Assembly: GCA_977017645.1 (NCBI GenBank)
Contig: OZ360226.1
Coordinates: forward strand, 29,078,001 to 29,142,000
Length of the DNA: 64,000 nucleotides
Reading direction: 5' to 3'
Source of the DNA: Torpedo marmorata
Taxonomy: Eukaryota
The notes beneath the pieces were generated by a model that did no database searches, was not told where the DNA came from, and saw only the letters and a list, made by a program, of their open reading frames with translations. Position numbers and translations under genes: made by a program. Positions 10,935 to 24,559 of the stretch are shown one piece after another. Position 1 is the stretch's first letter. Each line of letters starts with the position of its first letter.

Positions 10935-12146
10935 ATTGCTGGAGGAATTAAGCAGGTCAGACAGCATCCATGCTGTGGTCGCGGCGCCTTTTTTATCTGC
11001 TCTCGCTCCCCCTAACGTCAAAACCTGGCTACGCCACTGCCTGGGGGAGAGGCCAAGAGGTGATAGGGTACAGGATAGAAGATGTGAGAGGTGAAGGGGA
11101 GTCCACTATGAGAGGGGGAAGAAAACTAAGAGGTAAAAGAAAAAAGAAAGAATACAGGAGTATGTAAAGAAGAGATGGAAACAGTAGAATCAGATGGGGG
11201 AGAGGGGTGGGGGTTTACCTAAAATTAGAAAAATTAATGTTCGTCCCATTAAGTATAAGGCTGTTCAGGAGGAATATGATGTGTTGTTTCTCAAGTTTAC
11301 TTTTGGTCTCACCCTAACAATCTTCATCATAGAAATGATTGGGAGAGTTGAAATGGTTAGCCAGAGGAAGCTGGAGTTTAAACCCTCAAACAAAGCATAG
11401 GTGTTCAGTGAAGCAGTCACCCAATCTGCATTAGGTCATACCATCGCAGAGACCAGACCAGGTACACCAAATTCAGTAGATTAGGTCGGGCCATGTGTAC
11501 AAAGCTCTGCCTCAACTAGATGGAGGTGAGGGAGGAGATGTAGGAAAAAATTTGCACTTTCTGCGATTACTACAGAAAGTGCCGAAGGGAATGGAAATAT
11601 GGGTGGGGAGGGAAAAGAGGACCAGGGAGTGTCGGAGAGTCATATTCCTGTGGAAAGCCGTTAGGGTTGGAGAGGGGAAGATGTGACTGTGGAGGAATTG
11701 TGCTGAAGTTGGCAGGTGCCAATGCATCGGATGCAGAGGCTGGTGGGGTGGAAAGTGAGGACCAGACAGTCTCTTTCATTTTACTGCCGGGGGGGTGGGT
11801 GTTTAGGATAGAAGTACGAGAAATGGAGGAGGTATGCGTGTGGGCTTTATCAATGATAGTAAGGGCGGGAATCTATGTTTATTAAAGAATGAGGATACTT
11901 CAGATGTCCTGGAGTGGAAGTCCTCATCCTGGGAACAGATCTGCATTGGAGCAGAGGAATTGGGAGAAATCGATGGCTTCCTTACAAAAGACAGGGTGGA
12001 AAGAGGTATAATCTTAGAATCTGTGAGAGTCAGTGGGCTTGTAATAGATGTCTGTGGATAGTTTGTCCGCTAAGATGGGGAAAGAGAGGTCAAGGAAGGG
12101 GAGAGAGGTGTCAGAATCAGTCCAGGTAAATTTAAGGACCGTGTGG
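10935..12146 (-). mobile_element. Penelope-like element, 3' part (RT C-terminus, GIY-YIG, pLTR), degenerate
   Basis: FHTVLKFTWTDSDTSLPFLDL..STDIYYKPTDSH; AFHRNMTLRHSLV..GTFCSNRRKCK; pLTR motif at 10935-10970. Confidence 0.8.
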
Positions 12147-13408
12147 AAGTTCAAGTTCAAGTTCAAGTTTATTATATTCCGATTGCACAAGTACAACTCA
12201 ACAAAACAGTGTTCTCTGGACCTTGGTGCAAAGTATGCAGGCACATAACCAGACAGAACACACATACAGATAAACAATACATATGCAGGAGAAATATACA
12301 TAAAATAAAAATAAATAAATATTTTTAGTAAATATTAGAGTCTCGGATAGTTACTGTGAGCAGTTCCTTTGGTCGAGCAGCATTCTCACTGCCCACAGGA
12401 AGAAGCTGTTTCTAGCCTGGTGGTGCTGGCTCTGATACTCCTGTATCTCTTTCCTGAAGGGAGTAGTTGAAAGCTGCTGTGTGCGGGATGGTAGGGGTCC
12501 TCAACAATTTTGCGCGCCCTCTTCAGGCAATGATCCCGGTAGATCACGTCGATGGGGGGGTGGGGGTGATGGTGGAGAGAGCAACCCAAGTTATACTCTC
12601 TGCCACTCTTATGGTCCTGTGGATTGACCTCTGATCCAATTTTCTATAGCAGCCGTACCACACTGTGATGCGGCCGGCCAGGATGATTTCAATAGAGCTC
12701 CTGTAGAAGGTTGACATGATGGTGGCCATACCCTTGGCCGCTTCAGTCTTATCAGGAAGTGCAGTCACTGTTGTGCCTTCCTGATAAGTGAGGAGATGTG
12801 TGTCCATGATAGGTCACTTGTTAAGTGGACCCCAAGGAACTTGGTGCTCTCTACTCTCTCCACTACCGAGTTATTGATGTGTTGTGGAGGGCAGTTGTTC
12901 CTGGTCCTCCTGAAGTCCACAATCATCTCCTTCATCTTGTCCACATTGAGCCTCAGGTTGTTATTCTCCCACCATATCACGAGATATTCCACCTCTTCTC
13001 TGTAGTGCGACTCATCGTTGTTGCTGATGAGGCCAACTACTGTTGTGTCATCTGCAAACTTAATGACTCTATTGGAGCTGGATCTGGTGATGCAGTCTTG
13101 GGTGAATAGCGTGAACAGGAGCGGGCTGAGCACACAGCCCTGCGGTGTACCTGTGCTCAGCGTGACGGTGCTCGACATTCTGCTACCAACCCGGACAGGT
13201 TGTGGTCTTTCCATTAGGAAGTCCAGAATCCAGTTACAGAGAGGAGTCCCAGCGAGGAAAGCTTCTCCACCAACATCTGGGAAATGATCGTATTAAATGC
13301 CAAGCTGAAGTCGATGAATAGCAGCCTGGCATATGAGGCGTCGTTCTCCAGGTGGGTCAGGACGGAGTGGAGGGATAAGGCTATATCATTATCAGTGGAA
13401 CGGTTTTT
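12147..13408 (-). mobile_element. Rex1/Babar LINE inserted into the Penelope RT
   Basis: ORFs 12765..13214 ([18 protein letters not shown]), 12544..12807 and 12386..12589; AATAAA plus (CTTGAA)n tail at about 12147-12173. Confidence 0.9.
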
Positions 13409-14270
13409 TGTTGGCAATGAATTTAATGAAATTGTCAAGTTCTGCACGGGTATAATAGCACCAATGCAATCATCGATGTAGCGGAGGAAGAGTTGGTGAG
13501 TGGTACCAGAGTATGATTGGAACAAGAACAGTTCCAAATACCAGACAAAAGACCAGGCATATCTGTGCCCATGGCTACACCCTGGATCTAAAGGAAATAC
13601 GAATCAAAGGAGAAGTTATAAGGACGAACACAATTTCCACCAAGTGGAGGAGAGTGTTAGTTGATGGGGCCTGAGTGGCTCTGCGTTCAAGAAAGAAATG
13701 GAGGGTCCTGAGGACTTCCTGATGAGGAATGGATGTGTGAAAAGATTGCACATCCGTGGTGAAGATAAAAAATGTTAGAGCCAGAGAATTGGAATTCTTC
13801 AAAAAGGTGGAGAACATGAAAGGTGTCCCAGATGTAGGTGGGAAGGGATTGGACAATGGAGGACAAGATGGTGTCAAGGTACAGGAGATGAGTTAGGTGG
13901 AGCAGGAGCAGACAGAAACAATGGGTCTGCCAGAGCAGTTCAGTTTGTGAATTTTCAATAGGTGGGCGGGGTGGAGTTGGGGTGGTGGCAGGGAGATCAC
14001 CTGCAGTGATCAGGTCCATGATGGTCTGGGAGATGTTATCCTGAAGATGGTTAGGGGTAGTTATGAGGAGGTGACCAAGAGCTGATGTCTGGCCTCCAAA
14101 ATGTAGTCAGTACCCCAGACCAGCACCATGTCTGCGGGTTTAGTGGTGAAGTTGGGGTTGGTGCAGAGTGAGTGGAGAGCAGAGTGTTCAGAGGTGTGGG
14201 CTGAGGTTAGAGTGCTTGAGGGGGCGGAGAAGTCCAAGTGATTAATGGCTCATCAGCAAATGGTGATGAA
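13409..14270 (-). mobile_element. Penelope-like element, RT core (continues 10935-12146)
   Basis: DVQSFHTSIPHQE and [12 protein letters not shown]; the frame FIAN|FHTVLKFTW resumes across the Rex1 insertion. Confidence 0.8.
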
Positions 14271-14339
14271 GCTTTAGATGAAATTTGGTGAAACATTATA
14301 TGAGGTGATGTATTTTGGGAATTAGGCTAAGACCACGAT

Positions 14340-14490
14340 GACACTATCACAGCGCCAGCAACCCAGGTTCAAATCCACCGCTGTCTGCAAGGAGTTTGTA
14401 CATTCTCTCCATCTCTGCATGGGTTTCCTCCTCCTGGTTCCTCCCAGTCTCCAAAACGTAAGGGGTTTAAATGGCCAGAATCAGCTTCTG
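14340..14490 (+). mobile_element. tRNA-derived V-SINE (HE1-like) fragment
   Basis: B box GGTTCAAATCC followed by V-domain-like GGAGTTTGTACATTCTCTCC..TCTGCATGGGTTTCCTCC. Confidence 0.7.
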
Positions 14491-14837
14491 TTTGTTGTAA
14501 AAATTTATTTTTAATTTAAAAACGATTGACCCTAAAACATTAACTCTGTTCCCTCTCTATTGCTACTTCCTGACTTGCTATTTCCAGTGTTTTCTAGTTT
14601 TATTGCACTTATTTCTGCACAGCAAACTCCGAACGTCACAACAACCATTAATTCATCCGGTTACCTCTGAATAAAAACACAGAAGCAGAATTAGCCAGAA
14701 TAACCCTTGAGAGCCTGCTCAGCCATTCAATATAATTTGCTGTTTCTTTTTCACTCAGTTTTACTGCTCTATCCCAACAGCTCATGGAATCATAGAAAAC
14801 AGTCTCCTCTGGTCTACCTAGTCAATGGTTATAGACA

Positions 14838-15068
14838 GAATCAGAATCAGAATCAGAATTTATTGTCATGAACAAGTCATGAAATTCGGTGCTTTGCGGC
14901 AGCATCATAGTGCAATTAACATTCATATTAACCATTCTAACGACATTACTATATAAAAATTATAAACAATAGTGCACTAGTGTCTTTGGTTCATTGATTG
15001 TTCAGGAATCTGATGGCAGCAGGGAAGAAGCTGACCTTGTGCCGTTGAGTGCTCGTCTTTAGGCTCAC
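14838..15068 (-). mobile_element. Rex1/Babar 3'-end copy, same subfamily as 6337-7545
   Basis: Near-identical to 6337-6565; (ATTCTG)n tail; 7-bp TSD ATAGACA at 14831-14837 and 15069-15075. Confidence 0.85.
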
Positions 15069-15558
15069 ATAGACATACAACATCACAGCACAATACAGCC
15101 CTTCGGCTCACGATATTGTGCCGACCTATATAAACCTACGCTACAATCTAAACCTTCCCTACCTCATACCCATTACCCTCTATTTTTCTTCCATCTCTGT
15201 CCCTGTCTAAGAGTCTTTTAAATGTCCCTATTGTACCAGCCTCCACTACCACCCTGGCAATGCATTCCAGGCACCCACTACTCTCAGTGTAAAAAACTTA
15301 CCCCGACTTCTCCCCTAAACTTTCCTCCCCTTGCCTTATACAGATGTCCTCTGGTACTGTCACCCCGGGAAAAGGGTGCTGGCTGTCCACCCTATCTATG
15401 CCTCTCATAATCTTGTAGACCTCTATTAAGTCACTTCTCATCCTTCTTCGCTCCAAAGAGAAAAGCCTCTGTTAACCTTGCCTCATAAGATATTCTCTAA
15501 TCCAAGCAACATCCTGGTAAATCTCCTCTGCACCCTCTCCAAAGCTTTCACATCCTTC
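15069..15558 (-). mobile_element. CR1 LINE 3' end
   Basis: CAGCACAATACAGCCCTTCGGCTCAC 3' stem; reverse strand LERVQRRFTRML and WNALP motifs. Confidence 0.75.
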
Positions 15559-15559
15559 T

Positions 15560-15655
15560 GATGGCGAATCTGCCTGCCTCACAGCAGACCAAAGCAATTT
15601 TCATGTAATATTACACCTGATTTATTACATGAAAATAAAGGAATCTTGAATCCTG
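15560..15655 (+). mobile_element. 3' fragment of the GC-rich Rex1-tailed SINE-like family, diverged
   Basis: GGCGAATCTGCCTGCCT..AATTTTCATGTAAT..AATAAAGGAATCTTGAATC matches the ends of 4492-4972 and 28261-28712. Confidence 0.6.
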
Positions 15656-16124
15656 TAATGAGGCTACCAGAACTGAAAATTTCCCAGAAAGTTCTCCATA
15701 TTTAGCAGGGTCTCTATGTGGACATTTATTGTTGGGATAGTCTTGTACAGTTGGGGTGAGATTTGGAGAGAATCTTTGTTTTGAGATATTTTGTGTACGA
15801 TTCATTCTCTAAAACACTTGAGTGGATAAATCAGTGATGGCTTAGAGTTCAGCCTCAGAGTGTACAAGCATCATCTATGTAGTGCAGCTCAATGACTCAG
15901 ATTGTGGTGACTTTGGTTCTGGACAGAAGTAGTGAAGGTTCAAAATTTTCGCATTTTTCCTGCAGATTTATTCCACTCCAGCAAGAAACTAGATGGAGAA
16001 AAGATGCAATTTATGGTGAAAAGGATGATGAGAAGAGAACTGGAGCATTGCAGTCACCTAGCTTGATCTTGGTCCATATTTGCATGTTAGCCACATGGTG
16101 ATTCTCAACATAACAGTTGGACAC

Positions 16125-18797
16125 TACTCCAGTCATTGACCCTAACCAGGTTAAGGAACTGGATGCCTCACTCTCTTTGGATGAGATTAAAGCAATGCAG
16201 TCTCATGGAGCTCCAGGCTCCGATGGATTTCCAATGGAGTTTTATAAAAAGTTTCATGATAAACTTGCCCCATTATTATTATCAGTGTTTAATGAAGCAC
16301 TAGTGCGAAGAGTTTTAACAACTATTTTAACCCAAGCATCAATAATTTTCCGTCTGAATAAAAATAAGGACCCCACGTCATGTGGCGCCTATGCGCTGTT
16401 ATCTCTGCTTAATGCTGATGTCAAAGTGTTAGCCAAGGTCATAGCATCTTGACGAGAAGGACTGTTACCAAAGATCATATCTGAAGCACAGAATGGTTTC
16501 ATAAAACAGCATCACTTGTCGTTTAACATTCGTACATTCTTCAACATCATTTACTCTTCAACATCATTTACTCTAAACACTCGACAAAGTCTCCGTAAGT
16601 TGTAATTTTGTTAGATGCTGAAAAAGCCTTTGATAGGATAGAAGTGGAAGCATCTTTTTGCAGTATTAAAGAAATTTGGATTCACCTTCTATACACCACA
16701 CTACAAGCATTCGTTCACACAAACAATACTCACTCTGAATATTTTGTGATGGAACGCGGTACCGACAAGGGTGTCCCCTATCTCCCCTTATTTTTGCCAT
16801 CGCAATTGATCCATTATCAATTACGTTACAGTCTTCCCCTACCTTTAAAGGCATTGTCTGAAATGGTCTAGAAAAGAGAGTTTCACTGTGCGCTGATGAC
16901 TTGCTGCTGTTTGTAACAGACCCGCAGAGAAGCACTTCCTCCATTCTATCCATTCTGGAGGAGTTCGGCTCATTTTCAAGTTATAAATTGAATCTTCATA
17001 AGAGTGAATGTTTCCCCATCAACAGAGTAGCTCTGCACCTTAACCAATCAGACCTGCCTTTTCAGTTTAGTCGATCAGGTTTCAAGTACCTAGGTGCAAA
17101 CATCACACACACATTCTCCAATCTTCTAATAAAAAATTTTACTTTTCTTATTGACCAGGTGAAATCAGATTTTCAGAGATGGAGCAATTTGCCCCTGTCA
17201 CTTAATGGGCAGAATAAATGTTGTCAAAATTAATATATTACTAAGATTCTTTTAGTTGTTTCAAACCATTCCTTTATTTCTTCCAAAATATTTTTTCACC
17301 TTGCTGGATAAAATAATTTCCTACTTTATTTGGAACGGGAAATCTCCAAGAGTCCGAAAAGCATTATTGCAAAACTGTAAGGTTAGTGGAGGACTCGCTC
17401 TTCCCAATTTCCAATTTTATTACTAGGCAGCACATATATATAAGCTAAATTACTGGGTGCATTCCCCTGAGCTCTCCTGGTATAAACTGGAAGAATCATG
17501 TTGTAAATCATTGTCTTTAGCCACCATGGTATATTCTTCATTGCCCATAAAACCCTCTAACCACACCGACAACCCAGTGGTGCTCAATATGTTAAAAATT
17601 TGGTACCAGATTAGACATCACTTTATGTGGGTAGCGGCATCAGTCAGCGTCCCTTAAATAACAATCACTTATTTTCACCTTCAGTCACTGATTCTTTTGT
17701 TAATGCATGGCAAACTAAAGGTATCTAATGTCTTCAAGATCTTTATGCAGATGGGGTGCTTAACAGCTTCACCTCTCTGTCATGTCACACACATATGGCT
17801 TACTTGCTTCACACTTATTTCGTTACTTTCAGATTCGACATTTCATTTCACTTTCCCAAACTTCCCTCAGTTACTTGCCAACAACCCTGGGAAGATCTAA
17901 AATCAGCAAATCCAGGAGTGAGAGGGACAATTTAAAAAATTTATATCTCTATTCTGTCAATTAAAAGTCATTCACTTTTAAAAATAAAGACAGAATGGGA
18001 ACAAGAATTGGAAATTGAAATTGAGGAGAAACTGAGGGAAGATGCTATTGAGAGAGTTAGTTCTACCACCTCCTGTGCTCGCTTGGGACTCATTCAGTTC
18101 AAGGTGCTACACAGGGTTCACTTTTCAAAACCCAGACTGTCAGCCATTTATCCTGAAATAGAGGACAAATGCAATAGGTGTAATCGCTCCCCTTGCCACC
18201 TAAATCACATGTTTTATCAGTGCCCCAAATTACAAGGGTTCTGGAGTGGAGTCTTCAGCACACTATCCGAAATATTTAAAGTCAATTTGCCACCCTGCCC
18301 GTTGACTGCAATATTTAGAATCTTCCACAACTCCCTAAATTCCCTGCAGAAAGACATGATAGCATTTACATCGCCTATTAGCCAAACGTCTAATCTTGTT
18401 ACACTGGAAGTCTGACAGGGGTCCTTCTATTACACAATGGATTAAGGATATTAGTTTATTTATTAAACTGGTAAAAATCAAATACACATTAAGAGGGTCC
18501 ACCGGAAGACTTTTCCACAAATGGCAACACTTTATGCGTTTTTTTCTCTGAATTATGAGTGCTTACGGAGTAAAAGACTAACTGTGAGATGGTTGTACCA
18601 GTACAATGATACTGTCAGCAAAGGTGCCAAGGTGGTTAGAGGGTGGGGTGTCCGGGCGTGTATCTGAGGGTGGGTGTGAGCATTTGTGTATATGTGTGTT
18701 GGTTTTTCTGTTTTAAAAAAAGAGGAGCACAATGTATATCTCTATAATGTGTACAAAGTTGTTTTTGATGCTTAATTAATATATCTTGAAAAAAAAC
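16125..18797 (+). mobile_element. L1/Tx1 LINE, 5'-truncated, degenerate ORF2 through the polyA tail
   Basis: APGSDGFPMEFYKKF, LDAEKAFDRIE, CADDLLL, QFKVLHR..CNRC..HMFYQC; A tail about 18789-18796; 13-bp TSD AACAGTTGGACAC at 16112-16124 and 18798-18810. Confidence 0.9.
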
Positions 18798-19104
18798 AAC
18801 AGTTGGACACATCAAACAGTACAACTAGGTCAAACTTATCTTTTTTTTAAATTTTATTTAAATTTTTAAATCACAAAATACATAGAATAAAATACATATA
18901 TTTGAAAATACATGTGATATACATTTTCTCCCTTCCTTCCCACCCTCCCCTCCCTAACCCCTACATCCCAACTACTCTAAAAAAAATATAGTAAAAGAGA
19001 AAAAGAAAAAAGAAAGATAGAAAAATAGAGTGAGGAGAAAACAAGCTTCAAACTAATTCTATCATAGAGGTTATTTTCGCCAGTGGATCCGATATCCAGA
19101 AAAT

Positions 19105-22100
19105 TTAAATTGTTAAACCCATAATTCTCATATATGGGCCCCAAATTTTCAAGAAAAAATGATATTTATTACGCAAATTATAGGTAATTTTTTCTAATGG
19201 TATACATGAACGTAATTCTGCATGCCATCTTTCTAAATTTAAATCTACATCTGACTTCCAAGTAATAGCTATACACTTTTTCGAAACTGCTAATACTATA
19301 CGTAGAAATTCTACCTGATACATATTTAATCTATTTCTAATACTAAATTTTCTAATATCTCCAAATAAAAATAACATAGGATCCATCGTAAACACAACAT
19401 TAAAAATTCTCTCTAAAAAATTCTTAACTTTCAACCAAAAGTCTTGAATTTTTGAACATAACCATGTACAGTGAACAAAAGAGCCGATTTCACTCTTACA
19501 TCTAAAACACATATCTGATAATGCTGGATTAAATTTCTTCAATTTTTTAGGTGTTAAATATAATTGATGAAAGAAATTATATTGTACTAGTCTATATCTA
19601 ACATTCAAAACTTTAGTCATACTTAATTTACATAAGTCTCTCCAATGATTTTCATCTATATTAACATTTAAGTCTAGTTCCCATTTTAATCTAGATTTAT
19701 GTAGATTTAGACATCTTTCTCTGAAATAATTTATACATTTGTGATATAAACTTATTAATATTAACTTTAGTAATTAACAATTCCAATTCATTTTGTCTTG
19801 GTGCTACTAATTCATTCCCTAATATCTCAGTCAAAAAGGCTTTAACTTGAAAATAAACTAACATTGTATTATCTAGTATATTAAATTTTTCTTTTAACCT
19901 TTGAAAAGTAACAAATCTACCAGCTTCAAAACAATTTTTCAAGGTCTTAATTCCCTTTTGAAACCATAATTTAAGTAACTGATTATCAATAGAGAATGGT
20001 ATAAGCAAATTTTGGTATATTGGTGTATTTAAAGAAATTGATCCTTTCCGACCTATTTCTTTATCTACCTGTGACCAAATTTCCAACAAATGTTTAATAA
20101 TTGGTGAATTTTTCTTTTTAGCTAATAATAATTTAGAGTTCCACTTATAAATAATCTCTTCTTTATGTATTTCTCCTATATTATTCAATTCTATATTAAT
20201 CCAAGCAGAAGATTTAGTTGAATCAAAAAATTCATTAATAAATTTTAATTGAGCTGCTTTATAGTAATACTGAAAATTAGGAAGTTGCAATCCTCCCATC
20301 TCATAATTCCATGTTAATTTATCTATACTTACTCTTGCCAACTTTCCTTTCCATAAAAATTTCCTAATAACAAATTTTAAATCCTTAAAAAAATTATTTG
20401 GGATTCCAAAAGGAATCGATTGAAAAAGATATTGAATTCTTGGAAAAACATTCATTTTGATACAATTTACTCTTCCCATCAAAGTTATAGGTAGATCTTT
20501 CCAAAGTTCTAAATCTTTTTTTATTTTCATGAATAAAGGTATATAATTTAATTTATACAAATTTTCCAACTTTGTATCCACTTTAACTCCCAAATATTTA
20601 ATACTTTCTTTAGCCCATTTAAACTCCGTAACCTCTCTACATCTAGTATAATCACCTTGAGATAAAGCCAGAATCTCACTTTTATCTGAATTAATTTTAT
20701 ATCCAGATATCTCACCATATTCAGCCAATTGCTGAAGTGATGTAACGGATTTTGTCATATATATTAATACATCATCTGCAAACAGGCTAATCTTATGTTC
20801 TTCCCTACCAACTTTTATACCCATTATATTTCTATCTTCTCTAATCAATTCAGCTAAAGGTTCTATTGCCAAAACAAATAAAGCAGGTGACAGGGGACAT
20901 CCCTGTCTTGTTGATCGTGATAATAAAAATTTTGACGATACTTGTCCATTTGTAACTACTTTAGCTGTAGGCTCTTTGTATATAGTTTTAATCCAATTTA
21001 TAAAAATATTTCCAAAACCAAATTTTTCTAAAACCTTAAATAAAAAGTTCCACTCTAACCTATCAAAAGCCTTCTCTGCATCCAATGTTACCACCAATGG
21101 TAAATCTTGTTTCTTCTTATGTAAATTAATCAAACTTATCAATCTGGCTATATTATCTTTCGAATATCTATTCTTAATAAATCCAGCTTGATTGAATGTA
21201 TCAAGTTTGGTAAATATTTAGCTAATCTATTTGCTAAAATTTTTGCCATTATTTTATAATCTACATTTAACAATGAAATAGGTCTATAAGACTCAGTTTT
21301 CAACACATCTCTATCTTTCTTTGGTATAACTGTAATGATAGCGTTTAAAAATGTCTTCGGTAATAAGTGAGTTTCAGTAACTTGATTCAATACCTCCATA
21401 TATAAAGGTATCAATAAATCTTTAAATTCTTTATAAAATTCTACTGGAAACCCATCGTCACCCGGAGATTTACCACTTTTCAACGTCAATATTGCCTCAG
21501 TAACTTCTCTCATCGTAAAAGGTAAGTCCAAAGAATATTTATTCTGAACATTCAATTTAGGTAGAGTAATTTTAGATAAAAATCTATTAATCTTCATATC
21601 ATCATGATCGATCTCAGATCTATATAAATTCTGATAATAATCTTTAAAAGATTCATTTATTTCTTGTGGCTTATAAGTTATTTCCCCAGTATTTCTTTTC
21701 CTTATAGCATTAATAGTTTTAGAAACTTGCTCTTTTTTTAATTGCCATGATAAAACATTATGAGCTTTTTCCCCTAATTCATAATATCTTTGCTTCGTTC
21801 TTTCAATTAATTTTTCAGTCTTACGAGTTTGTAATAAATTATAATGTAATTTCCTCCTAACTAAACGATTTCTCTTAAAAATTGACTTATTTCTTTGTAA
21901 ATCCTTTTCCATGAATTCAATCTCCCTCTCTAATTTTTCTTCTTCTTTCAAATAGTCTTTCTTAATCTTTGCTGAAAAACTTATTATTAAACCTCTTAAA
22001 TAAGCTTTCAAAGCTTCCCATATCATAAATTTATCATTAATCGAATTATTATTTGTTCTTAAAAATTCCTGAATTTCTTTTCTCATATATTCACAAAAAT

Positions 22101-22884
22101 CCTTCCTTTTCAATAAAGAAGTGTCAAATCTCCAATTGTATATAGTTTTTTCCTTCTCCGGGATTACACATGCCATTAATAAAGGTGAATGATCTGAAAT
22201 TATTCTTGCTTTATAAGATACTTGTGTTATTCTATCCTGAATTTGTGAAGATAATAAGAATAAATCTATCCTAGAAAATGAATTATGTCTGATTGAATAA
22301 AATGAGTAATCTTTCTCTCTAGGATTCAATTTTCTCCAAATATCTACCAAATTTAAATCCTCCATCAAATTAATAATCTTTTTAACTATTTCAGGTCTAA
22401 CAGATGACTTAGAAGTTTTATCCATTACTGGATTTAAACAACAATTAAAATCTCCACCAATTAAAATATTTTCCTTAGCGTCTGATAAATGTAAAAAAGC
22501 ATCTTGAATAAATTGTTCATCATCTGGATTTGACACATATAGATTCATGAGAGTCCAAAATTCTGAATAAATTTGACAATATATCAAAACATATCTTCCT
22601 GCCATATCAGTCACTATCGATTGTATCTTAAAAGGTAATTTTTTATTGACTAAAATAGCTACACCTCTAGCTCTAGAATTAAATGAAGAAGCTACAACAT
22701 GCCCTACCCAATCTCTTTTCAATTTTTGATGTTCAATATCTGTCAGATGAGTTTCTTGTAAAAAAGCTATATCTACTTTCAACTTTTTAATATATGCCAA
22801 AGTTCTTTTTCTTTTAATTGGATTATTAAGCCCATTTATATTAATGCTTACTAAATTTATATTTCTAGAATCCCCCATAATCAA
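19105..22884 (-). pseudogene. L1 ORF2p (APE endonuclease, RT, cysteine-rich C-terminus), frameshifted near 21192 and 19700
   Basis: SININGL, FLQETH, GGDFN, SDHSP, TRQGCPLSP, LFADD, CFRC..HCTWLC. Confidence 0.9.
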
Positions 22885-23157
22885 ATAATAACAATTCCCT
22901 GTATATCAAATCCACCAGCGTTTCCCTCTTATTCTGCTGTATATACATTTCCTCCTCAACTAGAATAAAAGACAGAAATAAAAAAAAGAAAAACTCCCCT
23001 ATAAAAAACACTGGTCTTCTACTCCCAGTGTTACCCCCCTCCATTGTTCGAGAAGCAGCTCTCGCCGCTAAGGTGGTGATAGGTTGGGAAGAAGTGTCCG
23101 TAAACCCACCTCCCCCCAACAGATATATATTTATACAGCATATATTCAATCAACTCC

Positions 23158-24559
23158 TCACACAGCTGAATCTTCCTGTTCTTCTTCGACTTGAATTAAG
23201 ATATTTTCTCCACTTGACACACCAGGTAGCATATCACCGTGACTTGTTTGGCTTTCTTGATCCTGTTGTTCAGGAATATACTGGAAACTTCTTGCCCGAC
23301 GTGGAAGATCATTTGCATGGGAAAGAGCCTGTTCAGGATCCATAAACAATAAAAATTTATCACCATCATGTTGAATCCTCAAAACTGCCGGATACTTAAA
23401 CGAAAATTTATATCCTTTCTCCCACAATATGGCCTTCGCGGGATTAAATTCTTTACGTTGCCTGACCACCATTGGACTTAAGTCAGGATAGAAGAGAACT
23501 CTGTTTCCTTCAATCACCATCGGGCCCTTATTATCTCGTGCTTTTTGAATTGCCATTCTTAGAATTTATTTCTCTATCTTGGTATCTGAGACACTTCATC
23601 AAAACTGGACGTGGTCTCCGATCACCCTGATTTTTCCTTCCAATCCTGTGCGCTCTTTCCAATTCCATTGGTTGGTCAAGTTTAAATATCTGCGTCAACC
23701 AATTCTGAAAAAATTGAGTTGTATCTTGTAACTCAGTTCCTTCCGGCAGTCCCAATATTTTAACGTTATTTCTCCGACTTTGATTTTCCATCTGATCCAT
23801 CTTCTGTATTAATTGGTCTCGTTGTTTTTCCCAGCCAGTAAAAGTATCATCCATTTTATCCACTCTTTCTTTACAATCTTCAATTTCATGATAATTATTT
23901 TTAACTTCATCTTCTACCTTCTGGACTCTAGTATCCATTTTCTTCATATTTTGCTTTATCTCCTTAAACTCATTCTGCATTCTTTGTTCAAGTTGATTAA
24001 TAGCTGCTTTAAATTCTGTATGTACACATTTCTCTAAATTTGCAATGGCTTGTAAAATATTCTTTTGAATATTTTGTTGACTTTTCTTTACTAACCATAT
24101 ATCTTTCTTTAAATCTTCTGGGTCTTCTGAATATGTATCATATTCATCACTGTCTTCTTCTTCCAGCTGCTGGATATCCTTTTCCCCTTCAGAATCTGAT
24201 GATATTTCTGGCTCCCCAGTCTGTAGTATAGCCTGGGGAGCCTTAACAAACGTCATCCTCTCTCCAGCTGTTTGTTGCTGCAGATCGTCGATCTTTAGCG
24301 ACTCGCGCATACGCAGTGGCTCCGAAGATTTTTTTGTAGTCTTACGTCGGGTGCCGGCGCCATCTTCCGCAGCTCCCTGCGGAGTTAGCGTCGGCACTAC
24401 CGACTCACCTGAACGTCTTCTCCGTTGAGCCTTAGGCTCCGTCGACAGGGCAGTCCCAGGATCCAAAGTTAAGGTAGGCCTCTTTTCTTCTTGTACTAAC
24501 AGCATTTGTTTTAAAGGTTTCTTAGCCTTCTGCTCTTTCGTTTTTTTTCTGGTAGCCAT
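23158..24559 (-). pseudogene. L1 ORF1p (coiled coil, RRM, CTD), frameshifted near 23567
   Basis: MENQSRRNNVKILGLPEG, MELERAHR, RPVLMKCLRYQDRE then MAIQKAR..FYPDLS in another frame. Confidence 0.9.

Noticed and set aside
14360-14375. tRNA gene suggested by the B box
   Set aside because: No cloverleaf; it is followed by the V-SINE core
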